Both the position numbers and the translations under genes were made by a program. Source: a virus (taxonomy: Duplodnaviria > Heunggongvirae > Uroviricota > Caudoviricetes). Taken from it: 16,278 bases of DNA. Under the pieces are notes generated by a model. It worked only from the letters and a program-made list of their open reading frames with translations. It made no database searches and had not been told where the DNA came from. Location: IMG/VR virus record IMGVR_UViG_2563366911_000006; one strand, given 5' to 3'. Positions within the stretch are counted from its first letter, which is position 1. The number at the start of each line of letters is the position of its first letter. Below are positions 8,426-14,289 of this stretch, one piece after another.

Positions 8426-9626
8426 ACTCGATATTTTACACGACTCTCTTTACCAATTCTGCCCCGAATTACACTTAAAACGACTCAACAGCTTAACGTT
8501 GGCTTGCCACGCATTACTTGACTGTAAAACTCTCACTCTTACCGAACTTGGCCGTAACCTGCCAACCAAAGCGAGAACAAAACATAACATCAAACGAATC
8601 GACCGATTGTTAGGTAATCGTCACCTCCACAAAGAGCGACTCGCTGTATACCGTTGGCATGCTAGCTTTATCTGTTCGGGCAATACGATGCCCATTGTAC
8701 TTGTTGACTGGTCTGATATTCGTGAGCAAAAACGACTTATGGTATTGCGAGCTTCAGTCGCACTACACGGTCGTTCTGTTACTCTTTATGAGAAAGCGTT
8801 CCCGCTTTCAGAGCAATGTTCAAAGAAAGCTCATGACCAATTTCTAGCCGACCTTGCGAGCATTCTACCGAGTAACACCACACCGCTCATTGTCAGTGAT
8901 GCTGGCTTTAAAGTGCCATGGTATAAATCCGTTGAGAAGCTGGGTTGGTACTGGTTAAGTCGAGTAAGAGGAAAAGTACAATATGCAGACCTAGGAGCGG
9001 AAAACTGGAAACCTATCAGCAACTTACATGATATGTCATCTAGTCACTCAAAGACTTTAGGCTATAAGAGGCTGACTAAAAGCAATCCAATCTCATGCCA
9101 AATTCTATTGTATAAATCTCGCTCTAAAGGCCGAAAAAATCAGCGCTCGACACGGACTCATTGTCACCACCCGTCACCTAAAATCTACTCAGCGTCGGCA
9201 AAGGAGCCATGGATTCTAGCAACTAACTTACCTGTTGAAATTCGAACACCCAAACAACTTGTTAATATCTATTCGAAGCGAATGCAGATTGAAGAAACCT
9301 TCCGAGACTTGAAAAGTCCTGCCTACGGACTAGGCCTACGCCATAGCCGAACGAGCAGCTCAGAGCGTTTTGATATCATGCTGCTAATCGCCCTGATGCT
9401 TCAACTAACATGTTGGCTTGCGGGCGTTCATGCTCAGAAACAAGGTTGGGACAAGCACTTCCAGGCTAACACAGTCAGAAATCGAAACGTACTCTCAACA
9501 GTTCGCTTAGGCATGGAAGTTTTGCGGCATTCTGGCTACACAATAACAAGGGAAGACTCACTCGTGGCTGCAACCCTGCTTACTCAAAATCTATTCACAC
9601 ATGGTTACGTTTTGGGGAAATTATGA
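8418..9626 (+). CDS. IS10 transposase
   Basis: 402-aa ORF MCELDILHDSLYQFCPELHLKRLNSLTLACHALLDCKTLTLTELGRNLPTKARTKHNIKRIDRLLGN... recognised as the IS10/Tn10 transposase. Full length, intact frame. Confidence 0.95.
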   Translation: MCELDILHDSLYQFCPELHLKRLNSLTLACHALLDCKTLTLTELGRNLPTKARTKHNIKRIDRLLGNRHLHKERLAVYRWHASFICSGNTMPIVLVDWSDIREQKRLMVLRASVALHGRSVTLYEKAFPLSEQCSKKAHDQFLADLASILPSNTTPLIVSDAGFKVPWYKSVEKLGWYWLSRVRGKVQYADLGAENWKPISNLHDMSSSHSKTLGYKRLTKSNPISCQILLYKSRSKGRKNQRSTRTHCHHPSPKIYSASAKEPWILATNLPVEIRTPKQLVNIYSKRMQIEETFRDLKSPAYGLGLRHSRTSSSERFDIMLLIALMLQLTCWLAGVHAQKQGWDKHFQANTVRNRNVLSTVRLGMEVLRHSGYTITREDSLVAATLLTQNLFTHGYVLGKL

Positions 9627-9639
9627 GGGGATCTCTCAG

Positions 9640-9648
9640 GGCAAAGCA
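9640..9648. repeat. IS10 target-site duplication, right copy (GGCAAAGCA)
   Basis: Identical to 8302-8310. Its last base is the A of the ATG of the next gene. Confidence 0.9.
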
Positions 9649-10178
9649 TGACTAAGCTGACCATTAACAGAAAACCAAAAGGTATTTACGGCACGCCGCA
9701 GAAAACGACGCAGGCGGCACAGGAGCAGGATAAAACCACATCGGCGCATAAAGTGATGCCCGGTAACCAGAAAGCGCAGCAGAAGCCTACAGGGGCGACA
9801 CCGTGGCGGCATATGACCAAACGCCAGCGCAAAAACCGCAGGCGCGTTAACCGCCTCACTGAGTTGTGGCCTGACTTATTCAGCCGGGAAGCACTGAAGC
9901 CGCTTAAGGTGGGGATATTCGACGACCTGATGCAGGATCTCGCCGCCAGGGGGCTGGCATTCGGGCCAGGGGCATTGCGTGCGACGCTGGCATCTTATGC
10001 GCAGTGTCCGCGCTATTACCGCGCCTTAATGGCTGGTGGGGTACGCTACGACCTGAAAGGCCAGCCGTGCGGCGAGGTGACACCACAGGAACAACAGGAC
10101 GCAGAAACGCGGCTGGTGGCGCTGAATGAGAAGCGCAAACGCCAGTGCCGGGCAGCAAAGGAGACAATAGGCGCATGA
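9648..10178 (+). CDS. ProQ/FinO-domain protein (RNA chaperone-like)
   Basis: 176 aa, GC-rich. Segment PLKVGIFDDLMQDL...LRATLASYAQCPRYYRALMAGGVRYDLKGQPCGEVTPQEQ closely parallels the conserved ProQ/FinO core (PLKIGIF..DL...R.DL.G.PCGE). IS10 lies immediately upstream. Confidence 0.72.
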   Translation: MTKLTINRKPKGIYGTPQKTTQAAQEQDKTTSAHKVMPGNQKAQQKPTGATPWRHMTKRQRKNRRRVNRLTELWPDLFSREALKPLKVGIFDDLMQDLAARGLAFGPGALRATLASYAQCPRYYRALMAGGVRYDLKGQPCGEVTPQEQQDAETRLVALNEKRKRQCRAAKETIGA

Positions 10179-10462
10179 TTCACGACAGCAAAGCGGAAGC
10201 ACTGGAAGCGCGTGGTCTGTACCGGAGAGCGGCGGCGCGGTGGGCTGAGGTCATCATGCTGGCGAATGATGACAAGGCACGGGAACAGGCGGCAAAACGT
10301 CGCGCGGAATGTATCCACAAGGCAGCACGCCCACCAGCAAGGCAGGATAATTTCGGGGAGATGCGCGAAACCATCAGCCGGGCACATGCCGGGATGGGAT
10401 TACATCAGCCCAATGGTGAGGCATTCAGGAAATACCAAAAAAAGAACAATTGTAGTCAGTAA
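10175..10462 (+). CDS. PerC-family-like small transcriptional regulator
   Basis: 95 aa from ATG 10175, overlapping the upstream stop (ATGA). N-terminal AEALEARGLYRRAAARWAEV recalls the PerC family. Assignment from memory, moderate certainty. Confidence 0.6.
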   Translation: MIHDSKAEALEARGLYRRAAARWAEVIMLANDDKAREQAAKRRAECIHKAARPPARQDNFGEMRETISRAHAGMGLHQPNGEAFRKYQKKNNCSQ

Positions 10463-10596
10463 CAGAGGATGGGATTCTCTTGGTTTTTTGTTGATGCTTT
10501 CTGAGGAAATCTACTACGTTGCTGAGCAGATGAATATTCAATTGCATCTGGGTTCCTGATAAGATTAATCTGAATATTTTCATTTGGAATAGGGAT

Positions 10597-11739
10597 ATGA
10601 ATAAAACTTTAATTGCAACATTAGTCGGTATAGTAATGTTAACCGGATGTGGGCCAGAAGAGTTAACTCCAGAACAGAAACAGGAAGTAGCTGCTCTTAA
10701 AGCTGAACTGTCGCAAACGGAAGGTGAAATATCAGCAGCTAAGGAAGTTGACCAGCAGTTTTCTGGTGGGTTGATAAAAAATCTGACAACAGCAAGACTG
10801 GAAATATTAGGAACTAATAAAGCGCTTTTGGAACAGCGTATTAATGCTATTGAATCAGGTGCCAAAATTGATGTTGTTGTATCTGGAGTAAAACCTGATC
10901 CTGAGCTTGCGGCTTCAATTAAAACTGAAATTGACAGCTTAGATGCAAAAATCAACGAAGCCAAAGCTGATGCTCGTCAGTATAGTGGTGGTCTGATAAA
11001 GGTACTAAAATTATCTACTGTTGCCACTGAAGAGCAGACCATGGCAATGTTGCAGCAAAAGTACCTCACAGCCAAGTATGGCCTCGCTGAAGTTAAGCTG
11101 GCATCAGTACAAGCTAATGACGCAAAAAACAGTACTGAAACGGAAGTAACAGCCAAAAATTCCCAAGAGCAACTTCCTTTACTCCCGCCAGCGGATGGTC
11201 CGTTTGGCTTAGAAGCCGGTCTTACACAGAAAAACATCGAAGATATGATCGGTGCTAAGCTCAAGCCACTACCAGACAGTGTGAATCTGTATACTTCTGA
11301 TAAATTACCGAAGCAAAACGCAGATTTTGAAATGTATGGTTTGCTGATCTCCCCGAAAGCTGGTTTATGTCAAATACGGGCTTTAGGAAAAAATATTGAT
11401 ACTGATAGCTATGGATTGGCTCTTAAATCCAAGTTTGAAGAATTGAGTAATTCTTTAAGTTCTCTGTATGGAAAGGCTGATACTACAGACTTTTTGCTGG
11501 CTGGTTCAATTTGGAAAGATCCTCAGGACTGGATGAGGGGGCTAAACAAAAAAGAACGCTTCTTATCTGCCACATGGAAGGGAACAAAAGAAATACCATT
11601 AAAAAACAATATTGATACTATATCTATTGAGGCCAGAGCGAACAATTCCACTCAGGGATATGTCTATCTGCAGTACTCATTTACAAATGACGAAATTTGT
11701 CAGGCAGAAATTGAAGGGGCGAAAAAAAGTTCCCTTTAA
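10597..11739 (+). CDS. Lipoprotein with internal repeats, function unknown
   Basis: 380 aa. Signal peptide with lipobox LTGC (Cys18). Two copies of a Q(F/Y)SGGLIK motif about 70 aa apart in a coiled-coil-like N-terminal half. AT-rich. Followed by a strong terminator. Confidence 0.85.
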   Translation: MNKTLIATLVGIVMLTGCGPEELTPEQKQEVAALKAELSQTEGEISAAKEVDQQFSGGLIKNLTTARLEILGTNKALLEQRINAIESGAKIDVVVSGVKPDPELAASIKTEIDSLDAKINEAKADARQYSGGLIKVLKLSTVATEEQTMAMLQQKYLTAKYGLAEVKLASVQANDAKNSTETEVTAKNSQEQLPLLPPADGPFGLEAGLTQKNIEDMIGAKLKPLPDSVNLYTSDKLPKQNADFEMYGLLISPKAGLCQIRALGKNIDTDSYGLALKSKFEELSNSLSSLYGKADTTDFLLAGSIWKDPQDWMRGLNKKERFLSATWKGTKEIPLKNNIDTISIEARANNSTQGYVYLQYSFTNDEICQAEIEGAKKSSL

Positions 11740-11751
11740 ACAATCCGTGCA

Positions 11752-11778
11752 AAGCCCCTTAGTAAGGGGCTTTTATAT
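11752..11778 (+). terminator. Rho-independent terminator
   Basis: Perfect 9-bp stem AAGCCCCTT / AAGGGGCTT with 3-nt loop, followed by TTATATATT. Confidence 0.7.
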
Positions 11779-11803
11779 ATTAATGTTCAACGTGGGGGAT
11801 TAG

Positions 11804-12127
11804 ATGAAAGATAATCTAGCAAAACTAATTGAAAATACTTTAAAAGATATTCTATTAGCTAATGCTGCTCTAACATTCATTTTTGCAATACCAATGGCTA
11901 TTATCAGTAGGCATGGGATGGGCATCACAATCTGGTTTATAACTGTGCTCATTGCACCTGCTCTGTGTGCAGTAGGTGCATGGCTTGTATCTCGAACATC
12001 CGGCCATGCTGAGGAGTTCTTTCATCGTCGGTGGGCTAAGCGAATTTATGTTTTTTATACTCTTGCGGCTGCCGAGTTTTTGCTTGTGTACTCAATCGCG
12101 CAAATAATGAAAAATCTGATGAAATAA
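11804..12127 (+). CDS. Small integral membrane protein (about 3 TM helices)
   Basis: 107 aa, GGGGGA Shine-Dalgarno. Three hydrophobic stretches of about 20 aa (LANAALTFIFAIPMAIIS, ITIWFITVLIAPALCAVGAWLV, IYVFYTLAAAEFLLVYSIAQIM). AT-rich. Confidence 0.7.
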   Translation: MKDNLAKLIENTLKDILLANAALTFIFAIPMAIISRHGMGITIWFITVLIAPALCAVGAWLVSRTSGHAEEFFHRRWAKRIYVFYTLAAAEFLLVYSIAQIMKNLMK

Positions 12128-12395
12128 TTAACAAGTTATTATCATGGAGCTTGTGGCTGTTAACCTGCAGTGAGGCGACAATCGTGTATTTATAAAAACT
12201 TCCCCTTTTCACTCCCCGCTGCTTCTTCTGCTATTGCCTTTATGTTTGCATCTGCCATACCTTTGCAGAAAAATCAGAGCATTCAGTGCCGAAGGTTGGT
12301 TTATTGATGCTTTTCGTTTCATTTATTGCAATTGTCTCTGGTATCATTTCAATTTGTGCAATAATTGCAATTATTGTCATTCAGAAGGGATCATC

Positions 12396-12563
12396 ATGAA
12401 AAATCACGGAGTAAAGCCAGTTTTACTTTCCCGGAGGCAGATCGAAGCCCTGCAACGCATCCAGGACGAAGAGCGTCAGAAATCTGTGCTTGGTGTGGCA
12501 CCGTCGATTCATGTTATCGCTCGGCAACTGATGGATAAGGCACTTAAAGAGGTGAGACTGTGA
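12396..12563 (+). CDS. Small hypothetical protein (possible DNA-binding regulator or antitoxin-like)
   Basis: 55 aa from ATG 12396 with AAGGGA Shine-Dalgarno 5 nt upstream. Upstream region carries ATTGCAAT-type palindromic repeats. The ORF-track start (12234) is probably too far upstream. Confidence 0.55.
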   Translation: MKNHGVKPVLLSRRQIEALQRIQDEERQKSVLGVAPSIHVIARQLMDKALKEVRL

Positions 12564-12832
12564 AATTAAATATCAGAGTGGATAAACGCCAGCTATGGCA
12601 GAAAAAAGAGAACAGCGAGGCATTCAGGGCGTTGCTGGTGGAAAATCTTCAGCATCGGTTCAGTGGAGAGTTGCCTGATGCTCTAGGGAAGAAACTGGAA
12701 TCCCTGACGGTGGAAATTGGCGATTATGGCTTTGTTGATGTTGAAAGCACGACTGCCAACACAGAAATCGTAAAACAGGTCGTCAATGATGTAATGAAAA
12801 CCACGCTTAGCCAGCCATCCTGGCGCAACTGA
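12560..12832 (+). CDS. Small acidic hypothetical protein
   Basis: 90 aa. GTG start overlapping the upstream stop (GTGA), suggesting a coupled two-gene unit. Followed by a hairpin terminator. Confidence 0.55.
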   Translation: MKLNIRVDKRQLWQKKENSEAFRALLVENLQHRFSGELPDALGKKLESLTVEIGDYGFVDVESTTANTEIVKQVVNDVMKTTLSQPSWRN

Positions 12833-12838
12833 ATCAGT

Positions 12839-12862
12839 AAGGGGCGGTTATTGCCCCTTTCC
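12839..12862 (+). terminator. Putative rho-independent terminator
   Basis: Stem AAGGGGC / GCCCCTT with 7-nt loop followed by TTCCTCC. U-tract is weak. Confidence 0.5.
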
Positions 12863-12931
12863 TCCATACCCACAACGCATTCCCTTTCCGCATGAAATTA
12901 TTTTTTATCGTATATGCATGAGGTGAGCTAC

Positions 12932-13459
12932 ATGTTGATGAGTAAAGCCGAATACGCCAAATACAAAGGCGTAAGCCGCCAGACAGTTTACGACTGGCTC
13001 GAGAAAGGCGAAGTGGTCATGTCCGGTAAAAAAATTGATGTGGAGGCGACAGAGCAGCGGAACAGCCCACCGGCACAAGGGAAAGACACCGTTTCTGAAA
13101 TGTGGCCAGAAAGAACGCTGGAAATGACGTGGGGCGAGTTCTGGAAAGCAGTTAAGGCCAGAGACGGTAAAATTCCTTCGCCAGTAACGGACGATGACAT
13201 ACAGCAGCGTGTGCTGTATGCAGCCGGGGAATTAGGCTGGGAAGTGCACTTTCTTGATGATGGTGCTATCTGCCTTGAGGATGATGAAGGGCAGCATTAC
13301 TTTGAAAAATACAATTTGCGAGGTAATGCCAGGCTGGCAATTCGTATGCTGCGTTGCGAACTCTGCTATGTTGCAGGTGATTATCCCGATGAACTGGAAT
13401 CATGGAGTGAAGCCGGGCTAAACGCCCTGGCTGAATGGGAAAAATCAGACCATCAATGA
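12932..13459 (+). CDS. N-terminal HTH protein (possible small-terminase-like or packaging-redirection-like DNA-binding protein)
   Basis: 175 aa from ATG 12932 with GAGGTGA Shine-Dalgarno. N-terminus MSKAEYAKYKGVSRQTVYDWLEKGEV is an HTH of the type found at the N-terminus of small terminase / Nu1-like proteins. Acidic C-terminal domain. A repeat array lies immediately downstream. Confidence 0.65.
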   Translation: MLMSKAEYAKYKGVSRQTVYDWLEKGEVVMSGKKIDVEATEQRNSPPAQGKDTVSEMWPERTLEMTWGEFWKAVKARDGKIPSPVTDDDIQQRVLYAAGELGWEVHFLDDGAICLEDDEGQHYFEKYNLRGNARLAIRMLRCELCYVAGDYPDELESWSEAGLNALAEWEKSDHQ

Positions 13460-13464
13460 CATCA

Positions 13465-13733
13465 AAAAGTGTCAAGTTAAGCAGCTTGCCAGGTTGACAC
13501 TTTACACTCTGAACGCGAAAAAGTGTCAACCTCGCTAGAAGCCGCGCCATTACTGGCCTTGTACCATATTCACCACGTCAAAAAACCGAAAAAATCGCGA
13601 AAAGTGTCAAGTTGCCATGCTTAGAAATGCCAGGGGTGGTTAAGTTTTGTTAAGGTTTTTCGCGAAAAAGTGTCAAGTGTGTCAACCTGCGATGTTAAGG
13701 TTTGTTAAGGTCTTAAGCTGGAAAGTGTCAACC
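13465..13733. repeat. Array of AAAGTGTCAA-type repeats, putative protein-binding site cluster
   Basis: Seven copies of (CGCG)AAAAGTGTCAA(G/C): direct at 13465-13476, 13515-13532, 13597-13611, 13661-13677, 13676-13688 (variant), 13720-13733, and inverted at 13492-13503. Interleaved GTTAAGG(T) repeats (about 13640-13660, 13693-13712, 13741-13756). No ORF of 60 aa or more on the plus strand. Confidence 0.75.
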
Positions 13734-13763
13734 AGCCACCTAAGATTTCCTAAGGTGTAAATC

Positions 13764-13937
13764 ATGACCATCACCGAAGCCGATTTGCTGGAGATGATCC
13801 GCAGCATTGCCGGAATCAAACAACCTGCAAGAAAAATTAACAGGTGTTCAGCGCCTGTTTCCGTTGTGCTGCAACAGGAACGCCACCAGCAGGATGATGT
13901 GAGGCCGTATCAGTGGAAGAAACCGGACAGGCCGCGA
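13764..13937 (+). CDS. Small ORF (57 aa), possibly a gene remnant
   Basis: ATG 13764 with AAGGTG Shine-Dalgarno 7 nt upstream. First about 20 aa are protein-like (MTITEADLLEMIRSIAGIKQ), the remainder low-complexity. Below the ORF-track size cutoff. Confidence 0.3.
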
Positions 13938-13982
13938 CGGTGAGCGAGGCGTTACAGTAAGCCGATATTCAAGCCAAACATT

Positions 13983-14005
13983 AAGCCTACGGGCAAGGCT
14001 TTTTT
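13983..14005 (+). terminator. Putative rho-independent terminator
   Basis: Stem AAGCCT / AGGCTT with 7-nt loop followed by TTTTG. Confidence 0.5.
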
Positions 14006-14289
14006 GTAGCTGGTGGGCATGATGCCGATATAATAGCCCCTCCTACCAATTATCTGTGATTCCTATCTAACCTTCATCACGGACAACTAGAAAATCATTG
14101 TGGATAAATAAGGATCATAACGAATAAAGCATTTCATAGCAGAGCAACATACTGACTATTCAATACCCTGTTCAAACGTACAGGTATCAGTGTTATCAAC
14201 GTTTTAATAACCTTTCATGTTCTTTCCTACCACTTAAACTAGAGTAAAATGTGAAAAATTTATACCCATAAGTTTCATATGGAGGAACT

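Larger units (their letters stand above)
8311..9639 (+). mobile_element. IS10 insertion sequence (IS4 family), complete
   Basis: Outside end CTGATGAATCCCCTAATGATTTTGG at 8311. Inside end is the reverse complement of CTGAGAGATCCCCTCATAATTTCCCC, ending at 9639. Length 1329 bp. Transposase ATG at element position 108. Flanked by perfect 9-bp direct repeats. Confidence 0.95.

Noticed and set aside
8659-9022. ORFs 8659-8847 (+) and 8831-9022 (-) inside IS10
   Set aside because: Embedded within or antisense to the full-length IS10 transposase frame. No evidence for separate genes.
9904-10559. GC-rich ORFs overlapping the FinO-like and PerC-like genes (9904-10176, 10046-10387, 10180-10374, 10212-10559)
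   Set aside because: High GC content produces long open antisense or alternative frames. Products are Arg/Pro/Ala-rich and lack start signals, while the called genes carry recognisable family motifs.
10425-11803. ORFs antisense or out of frame in the lipoprotein gene (10425-10964, 10977-11264, 11612-11803)
   Set aside because: The plus-strand 380-aa ORF has a signal peptide with lipobox, Shine-Dalgarno and terminator. The others are embedded with Ser-rich or low-complexity translations.
12234-12395. Upstream extension of the 55-aa gene (ORF-track start at 12234)
   Set aside because: The extension is Cys/Asn-rich and runs through the AT-rich promoter-like region. A good Shine-Dalgarno (AAGGGA) sits in front of the internal ATG at 12396.
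12988-13550. Minus-strand ORFs 12988-13200 and 13266-13550
   Set aside because: Antisense to the HTH-protein gene or extending into the repeat array. No start signals and implausible composition.
14099-14107. Perfect DnaA-box 9-mer TGTGGATAA upstream of the Schlafen-like gene
   Set aside because: A single isolated consensus 9-mer with no clustering is compatible with chance. Not enough to call a DnaA-regulated site or an origin.
14147-14175. Hairpin CCTGT-N8-ACAGG examined as a possible tRNA T-arm or attR core
   Set aside because: Loop is 8 nt rather than the 7-nt T-loop. No acceptor-stem or CCA context. No other tRNA-like structure was found in the window.
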